Part shown: in pieces, positions 39,212-48,272 of the stretch
How positions within the stretch are numbered: the stretch's first letter is position 1
Layout: each line of letters opens with the position of its first letter
Source of the DNA: Armatimonadota bacterium
GTDB taxonomy: Bacteria > Armatimonadota > Fimbriimonadia > Fimbriimonadales > GBS-DC
NCBI GenBank assembly: GCA_037444405.1
Contig: JBBIML010000012.1
Location: 95,463 to 159,462 of the forward strand
Direction of reading: 5' to 3'
DNA length: 64,000 nt
Made by a program: the position numbers and the translations under genes
Notes under the pieces: generated by a model
What the model saw: the letters and a program-made list of their open reading frames with translations, nothing else
Databases searched by the model: none
What the model was told of the DNA's origin: nothing

Positions 39212-40336
39212 ATGGAAAGGGCAACGGATACACAGCGGTATGTGGTGATTGATGGCTCTTATGGCGAGGGCGGCGGGCAGATTGTACGCACGGGGCTGGC
39301 TTTGTCGATTCTCACGGGTCAGCCAGTGGAGTTTCGCAATATTCGGGCGCGACGCCCCCAACCGGGCTTGCAGCCCCAGCATCTGACCGCCGTGCATGCC
39401 GCTGCCACCATCAGTCAGGCGCGGGTGGAGGGCGCGTTTCTCGGTTCCCCGACTTTGCGCTTCGAACCAGGCGAGGTGGAGGGCGGCGAGTTCCTGTTCA
39501 ATGTGGAAGAGATTTCGGGCATGGGGTCAGCAGGCTCCATCATGCTGGTGGCGCAGACGGTGCTGCTGCCGCTGGCACTGCGGGGTCAAAGCGCCCGCCT
39601 CATTCTGCTGGGCGGTACCCATGTCGGCTGGAGTCCGAGCGCGGATTATATCCGGTATGTGTATCTGCCCGCCTTGAGCCATTTCGGGGTGGAAGCGGAG
39701 CTGGAAACGGAGGCGGCGGGCTTCTATCCCAAAGGCGGCGGGCGCTGCGTGCTGACGGTTCACCCTGCCGAGCTGCCCCTGCGCCCGATTGAATGGATCG
39801 AACGCGGCAGCCTCAAAAAGATTCAGGTGCTGTTCACGATGTCGAATCTACCCGAAGAGATTCTGCCGCGCGGCGATCGGGTGGTGGATACCTTCGTGCG
39901 CTTGCTGGGGCTGACGCCGTCGATTGTGCATCAGGTTCTGCCCTCGCGAGGCTTCGGGCTGGCAGTGACGCTCACAGCGGAAGCCGAGCGTGGCTATGCG
40001 GGCTTCATTCGGCTGGGACGGCGCGGCGTAGCCATCGAGCAGGTGGTGGAGGAGGCATGGAACGAGTTCGTGGCATGGGCGCGCACGCGCACCGCCGTGG
40101 ACCACTTTCTGGCAGACCAGCTCGTGCTGCCCGCGCTGTTCGCCGATGGACCCAGCACCTGGACGACGCCGCGCGCCTCCAGCCACCTGCGCACCACCCT
40201 CTGGCTCGCAGGGCACTTCGTCAAGGTCGGCATCGAACTGGCGCCCTACAACGAGAGTGGTGTGCAGGTGCGTATCACCCCCGGCGGCGAGGGTATCGTC
40301 AATCTGCTGAACGCCACCAATCAGACATCCACATAG
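39212..40336 (+). CDS. rtcA: RNA 3'-terminal phosphate cyclase
   Basis: IDGSYGEGGGQIVRT, IRARRPQPGLQPQH, GFYPKGGG, LADQL, SHLRT (catalytic His). Confidence 0.95.
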   Translation: MERATDTQRYVVIDGSYGEGGGQIVRTGLALSILTGQPVEFRNIRARRPQPGLQPQHLTAVHAAATISQARVEGAFLGSPTLRFEPGEVEGGEFLFNVEEISGMGSAGSIMLVAQTVLLPLALRGQSARLILLGGTHVGWSPSADYIRYVYLPALSHFGVEAELETEAAGFYPKGGGRCVLTVHPAELPLRPIEWIERGSLKKIQVLFTMSNLPEEILPRGDRVVDTFVRLLGLTPSIVHQVLPSRGFGLAVTLTAEAERGYAGFIRLGRRGVAIEQVVEEAWNEFVAWARTRTAVDHFLADQLVLPALFADGPSTWTTPRASSHLRTTLWLAGHFVKVGIELAPYNESGVQVRITPGGEGIVNLLNATNQTST

Positions 40337-40749
40337 AACCGCAAAAACCACTGGTTGCCCTGTTGCTGGAGGATCAGCCCGTGATAGGTGACGGATTTGA
40401 CGGGCGCGCCCGCCCACTCAATCGTTTCGGGCGTGATGGGGCGATAGTGAGCGGTCGCCTGCAACCGCCATCGCCCCTCGTGCGCCGCCACCGCCACCTC
40501 AAACTGGCTGAACAGCCGATGGCGAACCTCGAACTGATAGAGCAGCTCGTTCAGCCAGCGCACCATCAACATCTCCAGATCAGGCGCCTCGATCTCGATG
40601 TGGGTCTGCTCGGTGGCGGGATAGTGGTCGGGTTCAATCATGAGCGTGAACAGTCCACGCGCGGCGGTGGCGAACAGCTCTGGCAGGCTGCTCGCCTTCA
40701 CCTCCAGTCCCTTATCCGCCGTATGTTCAATCGCCTGGAAAGTGCCCAT
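40321..40749 (-). CDS. Archease
   Basis: EHTAD, WLNELLY, VKSVTYHGL, C-terminal DV. Confidence 0.93.
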   Translation of the reverse strand: MGTFQAIEHTADKGLEVKASSLPELFATAARGLFTLMIEPDHYPATEQTHIEIEAPDLEMLMVRWLNELLYQFEVRHRLFSQFEVAVAAHEGRWRLQATAHYRPITPETIEWAGAPVKSVTYHGLILQQQGNQWFLRFYVDV

Positions 40750-40827
40750 CCTGCTCTCTTTTTACCCGTTTTGCCCTCCATGAAGTGGCTCGCATGGGAT
40801 ACAATATAGGGCGGAGGTTACGGATCT

Positions 40828-42273
40828 GTGAAACGCACTATCTGGCGTGGGGGTTTGAGCCTGCTAACGATGGGGCTGGCGTTCGCTGGCGGCTGGCTCA
40901 CCCACAAAGCGCTCTATCGAGCTTATCTCACGCGCGGGTCGGAGACGGTGGTGCAGCGCGATTTCGCGCCGACGCTCGCCGACGCGCGCACGCCGCGCCC
41001 GGAACCGAAAGTGTCCGAACCAGAGATGATCCAGCTCTACTGGCGCGTGTACGCCCTCGTGCGCGACAACTTCGTGGAACCAGTCGATTCGCGCAAGATG
41101 GCGCACAGCTCCCTGCAGGCGTTGCTGAACGAGCTGAACGACCCGCACACGCAATACCTCACAGCGGAACAGCGCGAGCGATGGCTGAACGCGCTCAGCG
41201 GTAATGTGGAGGGCATCGGCGCGTTGCTCACCGTGCTGAAGCGCAAGCAGGGCGAGCGCGAACAGCAACTGCTGCAGGTGGTCGCCGTTGTGCCCGGCTC
41301 GCCTGCCGAACGCGCGGGCATCCAGCCAGGCGACTTCATCGCCGAGATCAACAAGAAATGGGTCATCTCGGAAGACCCGTTCTATGAAGTGCTGCAGCTC
41401 CAGCGTCAGCACGCCGAGCGCAAGCAGCTGATTGAGGCGGATCGGCGTGCCCGTGAGCGATTGCGCAACGGTCTCACGCTCAGCGAAGCCATCGAGATGC
41501 TCAGCCGTGTGGGGTCGAATCCGCCCGCCACCGCGACCGCTGAAGAGAAGGGCGGCGGACTCAGCGCTGCGAGCGCCCCGCTGGAGCTGACCATCAAACG
41601 CGCCGGTCAAACCCTGCCGGTCAAGGTGGAGCCTGCGCGCATTCAGGTGCGCCCACTGGAGTATAGCCTGCTCCAGCGCCAGTGGGGCTACCTGCGGTTC
41701 AACCTGCTCAACGGCGCCGCCGCGAAGGAGCTGCCCGCCGCGCTCCAGAGCCTGCAACAGGGCGGCATGAAGGGGCTGGTCATCGACCTGCGCAACACCG
41801 CCATCGGTCAGCAGGAGGCAACCCTGCAGATACTGGCACAGCTGGTAAGTCAGCGGCAGGTGGCGCTCGTGGAGGTGCGCGAGGGCAAACAGTACCGCAA
41901 ACGCCCGCTGAATCTGAAGAGCGCACCGCAACCCGTTAAGGTGCCGATTGCCGTGCTGATCGATCGCGGCACTTACAATCTGGCGGAGCTGATGGCGCTG
42001 GCGTTGCGCACGGGCGCGAAGGCGCGACTGTTCGGCATGCCGAGCGCGGGCGACGCCTCCCAGATCGCACTCTATCGGCTCAGCGACGGCTCCGGGTTCA
42101 CCATGACGGTCGGACGCTATCTGGGCGCGGATGGCACGGTGTTCCATCAGCGCGGGGTTCAGCCTGATGAGCGTGTGGCGGAGCCGCCACGCATGCGCGG
42201 ACAGATTCAGGGCGACGCCGCGCTCGCCCGCGCCATCCAGTGGCTGAGCCGCACGAAGGGGGTTCAATCATGA
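40828..42273 (+). CDS. S41 (CtpA-like) protease homologue with PDZ, catalytic residues missing
   Basis: LNDPHT, GIGA, PGSPAERAGI, IDLRNT; TYNLAE and AGDA replace SASASE and YGKG. Confidence 0.85.
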   Translation: MKRTIWRGGLSLLTMGLAFAGGWLTHKALYRAYLTRGSETVVQRDFAPTLADARTPRPEPKVSEPEMIQLYWRVYALVRDNFVEPVDSRKMAHSSLQALLNELNDPHTQYLTAEQRERWLNALSGNVEGIGALLTVLKRKQGEREQQLLQVVAVVPGSPAERAGIQPGDFIAEINKKWVISEDPFYEVLQLQRQHAERKQLIEADRRARERLRNGLTLSEAIEMLSRVGSNPPATATAEEKGGGLSAASAPLELTIKRAGQTLPVKVEPARIQVRPLEYSLLQRQWGYLRFNLLNGAAAKELPAALQSLQQGGMKGLVIDLRNTAIGQQEATLQILAQLVSQRQVALVEVREGKQYRKRPLNLKSAPQPVKVPIAVLIDRGTYNLAELMALALRTGAKARLFGMPSAGDASQIALYRLSDGSGFTMTVGRYLGADGTVFHQRGVQPDERVAEPPRMRGQIQGDAALARAIQWLSRTKGVQS

Positions 42274-43643
42274 GGAGGAGCCAATCGAATCGGGTTTGCA
42301 GGCGCACCCGGTGGGGGCGCGCACTCTGGCGCGTGCTCATACTGATCCCCGCGCTGGTCAGTCTCTACCTGCTGGGCTTTTTGAGCGCGGATCTGTCGGC
42401 GAGCCTCAATGCGCGACCGGGCGAATCGCTGGGGCTGCTGCGCTCAGCGGTCAGCAACCTGCTGCAGGGTTCGCGCCCCGCGCTCGACCCCGTCGACGCT
42501 TTCCAGAGTACGCTGGGCGAGATCGAAGCGCACTTCTATGGCACGCCGCCCGCCGTCGATAAGCTCACCTACGCCGCCATCGACGGCATGCTGCTGGCGT
42601 TAGGCGACCCTTACACGCGCTTTATGGACCCCGACGCCTTCCGCCGCATGCAGGAGGACACTTCGGGCAACTTCACGGGCATCGGCGCGTTGCTGGAGGA
42701 TGCACCAGGCGGCGCGCGCGTGGTGCGCCCCCTGCCGAACAGCCCTGCCAGCCGCGCCGGTCTCAAAGCGGGCGACATTATCATCGCGGTGGACGGCAAG
42801 AGCCTGGAGCGCGTCGCGCTGGACGAAGCCGTGCGCATGATTCGCGGACCGCGCTTCACCAAAGTGACGCTGACCATCCGTCGCGAAGGGGAGCCGAACC
42901 CGCTCACCATCACCATCCAGCGCGACCTGGTGGAAAGCCCCACCGTCGATCTCTATCTGGACGACAGCGAGAACAAAATCTATCGCATCTGGCTGCAGAA
43001 CTTCAGCGAGAAGGCGCCCCTGCTGTTAGACCGCGCGCTCAGCGAGGCGCAACGCAACGGCGCCCGCGCCCTGATTCTCGACCTGCGCGCCAATCCGGGC
43101 GGACTGCTCGAATCGGCCATCGAGGTGGCGAGCCGATTCCTGCCCGAAGGCAGTCTGGTGGTCAGCATCAAGGGGCGCACGGGCGTGCTGGAGCAGCGGC
43201 GCGCACTGCCCGAACGCTACCGCAACCTGAAAGTCCCGATGGTCGTGCTGATCAACGGCTCCAGCGCGAGCGCATCCGAGATTGTGGCAGGTGCCCTGCG
43301 CGACCACAAGGTCGCCATGCTCATCGGGGAACCCTCCTACGGCAAAGGGCTGGTGCAGACGGTCATCCCCATCACCAGCAACACCGCCGTCGCCATCACC
43401 ACCGCCAAGTACCTCACGCCGAACGGAACCGACCTCAACGCGAAGATGGTGGACGGCAAGCGCGTCGGCGGTCTCAAACCCGATATTGAGGTTCAGCCCA
43501 GCGAAGATTGGCGCATCGGCGACGAGGACATCGCCAACGACCGTGTGTTGCAAAAAGCGCTCCAGGTGCTGCGCGAGAAGATTCAGGCGCAGAAGCCCGG
43601 CTCCGCCACCATGCGCGCCAGCACCGAGCCATCCCAACCATAG
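42270..43643 (+). CDS. S41 carboxyl-terminal processing protease (CtpA/Prc family)
   Basis: LGDPYT, PDZ, LDLRANPGG, SASASEIVAG, YGKGLVQ, KYLTPNG. Confidence 0.95.
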   Translation: MRRSQSNRVCRRTRWGRALWRVLILIPALVSLYLLGFLSADLSASLNARPGESLGLLRSAVSNLLQGSRPALDPVDAFQSTLGEIEAHFYGTPPAVDKLTYAAIDGMLLALGDPYTRFMDPDAFRRMQEDTSGNFTGIGALLEDAPGGARVVRPLPNSPASRAGLKAGDIIIAVDGKSLERVALDEAVRMIRGPRFTKVTLTIRREGEPNPLTITIQRDLVESPTVDLYLDDSENKIYRIWLQNFSEKAPLLLDRALSEAQRNGARALILDLRANPGGLLESAIEVASRFLPEGSLVVSIKGRTGVLEQRRALPERYRNLKVPMVVLINGSSASASEIVAGALRDHKVAMLIGEPSYGKGLVQTVIPITSNTAVAITTAKYLTPNGTDLNAKMVDGKRVGGLKPDIEVQPSEDWRIGDEDIANDRVLQKALQVLREKIQAQKPGSATMRASTEPSQP

Positions 43644-43657
43644 CATCCCTTATGGAC

Positions 43658-43678
43658 TGCGGAAGCGAAGCTTCCGCA
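43658..43678. repeat. REP-like hairpin TGCGGAAGC-GAA-GCTTCCGCA
   Basis: Perfect 9-bp stem between the S41 protease gene and rpiB. Confidence 0.65.
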
Positions 43679-43688
43679 AGAAACAGCG

Positions 43689-44123
43689 ATGAAGGTGTTT
43701 ATCGGCTCCGATCACGCGGGCTACGCGCTCAAAGAGGCGCTGCGCAACCATCTGCAGGCGCAGGGCTATGCGGTGGAGGACCTCGGCGTCTTCTCACCGG
43801 AGCCTGCGGACTATCCCGATATTGCGCATCAACTCACGGCGCGCGTGGTGGAGCAGCCCGATTCGCGCGGCATCCTGATTTGCGGCACGGGGATCGGCAT
43901 GTGCATCGCGGCGAACAAGCGGCGCGGCATCCGCGCGGCGCACGCCTCCGAACCCGTGTCGGCGCAGCTTGCCCGTGCCCACAATAACGCGAATGTGCTG
44001 TGTCTGGGCGGGCGCATCGTCGGCGAGGAGCTAGCGAAGGCGATTGTGGAGGCGTTTTTGCGCACGCCCTTCAGCGACGAGCCGCGCCACGCCCGCCGCG
44101 TGCAGAAACTGGAACTGCCATGA
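43689..44123 (+). CDS. rpiB: Ribose 5-phosphate isomerase B
   Basis: GSDHAG, DYPD, CGTGIG, ANK, HNNANVL, RHARR. Confidence 0.96.
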   Translation: MKVFIGSDHAGYALKEALRNHLQAQGYAVEDLGVFSPEPADYPDIAHQLTARVVEQPDSRGILICGTGIGMCIAANKRRGIRAAHASEPVSAQLARAHNNANVLCLGGRIVGEELAKAIVEAFLRTPFSDEPRHARRVQKLELP

Positions 44124-44602
44124 GAGGCGACTATCCCGACATCCAGCGCGTGATCGAGATTATCGCCGAGCGCAAAATCGAGGAGGCGATGCAGGAGGGC
44201 AAGTTCGACAACCTGCCGGGCAGGGGCAAGCCGCTGCCGATGGACGAGGAGTGGTTCGTGCCGCCGGAGATGCGCCCTGCGATCCGCCTGCTCAAGAGCG
44301 CGGGCGTGCTGCCCGAATGGCTCGAACGCGCCCGCCAGATTGAGGACGCCCGCGCTGAGTGCCGCCGCTGCTGGCAGCGCGCCGAACGCGAGTACCCCCG
44401 CATCTGCCAGCAATCGGTGGAGCAATACACCCTCTGGCTCGAACAGCGCACGAGCGAGCTGCAAGCCGCGATGGAGCGAGTGAACCAGCTGATCGTGGTC
44501 TATAACTGCTGTGCGCCAGCCACCGCCGAGCCGCAAATCCCCTATCAGGTTCAGCGGGAGCTGCAGCGGTTCCGCGCATGCTTCCCGTACCCCACAGAGT
44601 AG
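44120..44602 (+). CDS. DUF1992 (DnaJ-related) domain protein
   Basis: IAERKIEEAMQEGKFDNLPGRGKPL...LKSAGVLPEW. Confidence 0.88.
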   Translation: MRGDYPDIQRVIEIIAERKIEEAMQEGKFDNLPGRGKPLPMDEEWFVPPEMRPAIRLLKSAGVLPEWLERARQIEDARAECRRCWQRAEREYPRICQQSVEQYTLWLEQRTSELQAAMERVNQLIVVYNCCAPATAEPQIPYQVQRELQRFRACFPYPTE

Positions 44603-44624
44603 GGGCAACGCATGCGTCGCCCCT
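44599..44624 (+). repeat. GTAG-type REP element GTAGGGGCAACGCATGCGTCGCCCCT
   Basis: GTAG tetranucleotide followed by an imperfect palindrome; supplies the TAG stop of the DUF1992 gene. Confidence 0.75.
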
Positions 44625-44632
44625 CCCTGCGA

Positions 44633-45769
44633 TTACTCATACAGCAGGTAGGGCTTGCGTCGCTGGCGGAAGGCGCGTTCGTCGCGGGCGCAACGCCGGA
44701 GCAGCTGATCCAGATCGGCGCCCTCCATCAGCATGCTGTGCAGTTCGCGGTTGGCGAGCAGTCCCAGCATGCGTTGCGCCTCCCATTCGCGCGGGTAGAG
44801 CCGTCGCAGGGTGTGGGCGATGCCCAGCCCCAGCGCGACCGGGCGCACCCGCGAGCGCTCCGTGATGAAGATCGACACGCCCTCGCACGCCACGCCCCTG
44901 TAAGTGCTGGCAGCTGGTGTGAAGGTGATGGGAATGAAACGCACGCCCGTGCTGGTGGGCAGCTCGTTCAGCGCGGTCGCCAGCTGCCGCCCGTCGAGCC
45001 ACGGCGCGCCAATCAGCTCAAAGGGCGTGTCGGTGCCGCGCCCCACCGACAGGTTCGTGCCCTCCAGCAAGCCGATTCCCGGATAGAGCAGCGCCTGCTG
45101 GAGGCGACGCATATTCGGCGATGGGTTCAGCCAGTAAAGCCCGCACTCGTCGAACCAGCGCGCTCGGCGCCAGCCCTCACAGCGCACCACGGTCAGCGTG
45201 GCGTTTAGCCCCCGCTCGGCGTTGAACAGCTGTGCCAGCTCGCCGACGGTCATGCCGTGACGCACGGGCAGCGTGTGATATGCCGTGAACGAGAGCCTGT
45301 CGGGGTCGGGCAGGGCGCCCTCCACCGCCACGCCGCCAATCGGGTTGACCCGATCCAGCACCATGAAGGCGACACCTGCTTCCGCGCACGCCTCCATCGC
45401 CAGCCCCATCGTGGAGATATAGGTGTAGAAGCGCGTGCCGATGTCCTGAATATCGAACACCAGCCAGTCGACGGCTTTGAGTTGCTGGGCGGTGGGCTTG
45501 CGTCGCTCGCCGTAGAGGCTATAGATGGGCAAGCCGGTGCGCTCGTCGACCGAGTCGGGCACGCGCTCGTCCAGCTGCCCGCGGATGCCATGTTCGGGGC
45601 TGAAGAGCGCGGTCAGACGCACTTCGAGCGTGCGCAGTGCGTCGATGGTCGATTGCCGGTCGGTGGTCAGCCCCGTGTGGTTGGTGATCAGCCCCACCCG
45701 CGCGCCCTTCAGCAACGCCGCACCCTGCCGCAGCAGGGCATCAACCCCGTTGAGAACCGTTGCGGTCAT
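44633..45769 (-). CDS. namZ: Exo-beta-N-acetylmuramidase NamZ (DUF1343)
   Basis: GLITNHTG, FSPEHGI, FDIQDIGTRFYTY, RHGMTVGE, PSPNM, SVGRGT. Confidence 0.92.
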   Translation of the reverse strand: MTATVLNGVDALLRQGAALLKGARVGLITNHTGLTTDRQSTIDALRTLEVRLTALFSPEHGIRGQLDERVPDSVDERTGLPIYSLYGERRKPTAQQLKAVDWLVFDIQDIGTRFYTYISTMGLAMEACAEAGVAFMVLDRVNPIGGVAVEGALPDPDRLSFTAYHTLPVRHGMTVGELAQLFNAERGLNATLTVVRCEGWRRARWFDECGLYWLNPSPNMRRLQQALLYPGIGLLEGTNLSVGRGTDTPFELIGAPWLDGRQLATALNELPTSTGVRFIPITFTPAASTYRGVACEGVSIFITERSRVRPVALGLGIAHTLRRLYPREWEAQRMLGLLANRELHSMLMEGADLDQLLRRCARDERAFRQRRKPYLLYE

Positions 45770-45787
45770 GGCGACCTGTGCTGATGC

Positions 45788-45861
45788 CTGGGCAGGATGC
45801 CCCGGCTACTGAAGTAGCAAGCGCATCTTGCACTTGAGTCTGGGCAGGATGCCCAGGCTAC
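45788..45861. repeat. Cluster of three GTAGC REP-like units in alternating orientation (BIME/REPIN-like)
   Basis: CTGGGCAGGATGCCCCGGCTAC (45788-45809), GTAGCAAGCGCATCTTGCACTTG (from 45814), CTGGGCAGGATGCCCAGGCTAC (45840-45861). Confidence 0.75.
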
Positions 45862-48104
45862 TATTCGTATCGGCGCAGGAGCTGTTCGGCTTCCTCGCGG
45901 GTGACCAGCACCTGACGCGGTTTGGCGCCGTCGAGCGGACCCACGATGCCGCGTCGCTCCATCAGATCGAGCAGGCGCGCCGCGCGCCCGTAGCCGATTT
46001 TGAACCGCCGCTGCAGCATCGAGGTGGACGCCTGACCGTGCGCCACCACCAGCCGCACCGCCGCCGGGTAGAGTTCATCCTCTTCCTCGTCGTCATCGTA
46101 GAACGGCGATTCCGGCTCAAAATCGGACGGCTGCAGGAGATACACGGGCGACTCCTGCGCCCGCCAGAAGTCGACCAGCGCCTCAATCTCGGCTTCGGAG
46201 ATGTAGCAGCCCTGAATGCGCGTCGGCTTGGCGGCATCGATGGGCAGGAAGAGCATATCGCCGCGCCCCAGCAGTCGCTCCGCGCCGTTCATGTCCAGGA
46301 TCGTGCGGCTGTCCACCTGACTGGAGACCGCGAAGGCGATTCGGCTGGCAATATTGGCTTTGATGGTGCCCGTGATGACATCGACCGACGGGCGTTGCGT
46401 GGCGACCACGAGGTGGATGCCTGTGGCGCGTGCCAGTTGCGCCAGTCGGCAGATGGAGGTTTCGATCTCGGCGGCTGCCTGCATCATGAGGTCTGCCAGC
46501 TCGTCGATAATGACCACGATGTAGGGCAGGCGCTCGCTTTCGGGTGCGCGCTCGTTGTAGCCCTGAATGTTGCGCACGCCCGTGTTCGCAAAGAGGTCGT
46601 AGCGCCGATCCATTTCGGCAAGGATGGCTCGCAGTGCGCCCGCCGCCTGCTTCACATCGCGCACCACAGGGCACAGCAGGTGCGGGATGCCGTCGAACAG
46701 CGACAGTTCGACGCGCTTGGGGTCAATCAGCACAAGGCGCACCTCGCGTGGCGTGGTGCGGAACAGCAGGCAGGCAATCATCGAAAGCAGGCACATGCTC
46801 TTGCCAGAATTGGTCGCGCCGCCAATCAGCAGGTGGGGCAGGCGTCCGAGATCGGTATATTTGGGCGTGCCCGCCACATCCTTGCCCAGCGCGACAGTGA
46901 GCAGGCTGGGCGAACTCCAGAACTCCTCGCGCTCGATCACCTCGCGCAGGGTCACTATCTGTGGGCGGTCGTTGGGCACCTCCACGCCAATCGCGCTCTT
47001 GCCCGGAATCGGCGCCTCCACCCGCACGGCAATCGCGGCGAGCGCCATCGCCAGATTATCTGCCAGATTGACCACCTTGCTCACCTTGATGCCGGGGTCT
47101 AACTGAATCTCGTAGCGGGTGACGGTCGGACCGTGCGCCACTTCGACCACATTCGCGCCGATGCCGAAGTCTTCGAGGGTGCGCTCCAGCACTTCGATCT
47201 TCTCCTTGAGTTCGGCTTGCGTGCGTTTGGGTGGCGGTGCTGGCTCGCGCAGGAGGGAGAGCGGCGGCAGGGTGTAGTTGCCCTCGCTGGCGGGCGGAGG
47301 TGCCGGCACGGTTGCAGGGCGCGGCTCGCGAACAGCAGGTGCGCGCTCGCCTGCGGATGGGGCTTCAGCGCGGCGGTCAGGCTCGCGAGATGCCGCCGTT
47401 GCCGCCTCGCCTGCCTGTGGGTGGGGTAGCGGGCGTGCGGGATGGCGTTCCGGCTTGCGTTTAAGCACACTGCTCGCCTTCTGCACGGTGGCGGTGGTGG
47501 CGTTCGCGACGGCTTGCGTGGTGACGGCGGCGCCGCGCCAGCCTGTCCACAGCACGCGCCACAGCCCGCGCAGGACGCTGATCAGCGGCAGGTTGAACAT
47601 CATCAGCAGTCCCAGCACGGCGAGCGCGCCGAGTGCGACCTTCTTGGCTTCGCCGAGCGCCATCTGGAACAGGAAGCCGATCACCGCGCCCAGATAGCCG
47701 CCCGTCGCCTTCAGCGCGCCCGGATGGAACCAGTTGCCCGATTTCGATTCGGGCTGTGCCATCCAGCCGAGCAGCACCGCATAGAGCAGCAGCCCGCCAC
47801 CAATCACTTCAGGCAGTGAGAGGCGTCCGTAGCCGAACACCAGCGCGCCCGCCGCCAGCCACAGCATCACAGGCAACAGATATGCGCCGTTGCCGAACAG
47901 CAGGCGCAGACCGTCGCGCAGTGCGCCGCCAATCACGCCGCTGTCGGGCACGGTGAGGCTCAACAGCAGCACCAGCCCTATCGCTACCAGCGCAATCGCG
48001 ATGCGGTCGTAAAACTGCTGCGAGCGTTCTTTAGGCGGCTCGGTCGCCCGCCGCGTCGGCGTCTTCGCTCGTGTGCCCGATTTCGCGCTTTTGCTCCTCG
48101 CCAT
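45861..48104 (-). CDS. ftsK: DNA translocase FtsK/SpoIIIE
   Basis: N-terminal TMs, GPTVTRYE, PHLLIGGATNSGKS, IDPKRVE, IIDELADLM, ATQRPS, gamma domain ASTSMLQRR. Confidence 0.96.
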   Translation of the reverse strand: MARSKSAKSGTRAKTPTRRATEPPKERSQQFYDRIAIALVAIGLVLLLSLTVPDSGVIGGALRDGLRLLFGNGAYLLPVMLWLAAGALVFGYGRLSLPEVIGGGLLLYAVLLGWMAQPESKSGNWFHPGALKATGGYLGAVIGFLFQMALGEAKKVALGALAVLGLLMMFNLPLISVLRGLWRVLWTGWRGAAVTTQAVANATTATVQKASSVLKRKPERHPARPLPHPQAGEAATAASREPDRRAEAPSAGERAPAVREPRPATVPAPPPASEGNYTLPPLSLLREPAPPPKRTQAELKEKIEVLERTLEDFGIGANVVEVAHGPTVTRYEIQLDPGIKVSKVVNLADNLAMALAAIAVRVEAPIPGKSAIGVEVPNDRPQIVTLREVIEREEFWSSPSLLTVALGKDVAGTPKYTDLGRLPHLLIGGATNSGKSMCLLSMIACLLFRTTPREVRLVLIDPKRVELSLFDGIPHLLCPVVRDVKQAAGALRAILAEMDRRYDLFANTGVRNIQGYNERAPESERLPYIVVIIDELADLMMQAAAEIETSICRLAQLARATGIHLVVATQRPSVDVITGTIKANIASRIAFAVSSQVDSRTILDMNGAERLLGRGDMLFLPIDAAKPTRIQGCYISEAEIEALVDFWRAQESPVYLLQPSDFEPESPFYDDDEEEDELYPAAVRLVVAHGQASTSMLQRRFKIGYGRAARLLDLMERRGIVGPLDGAKPRQVLVTREEAEQLLRRYE

Positions 48105-48272
48105 ACTCTCACCAGGCAGATGTTGCGCTCCTTGTTCTGCCCGCCACCATCTATTGTACCCGATTCGTTCACGGTTGACTTTATCCTGCTTGAAAAACGG
48201 CACGCACGGAAGACGGGCAAGGGGAGCGAGGGCGTTCAACAGGGATGTCCCACCGATGCGCCGAATCATCAG

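Noticed and set aside
45788..45861. Direct repeats as a mini CRISPR array
   Set aside because: Only two 22-bp copies, the 'spacer' is itself a REP-like unit, and there are no cas genes
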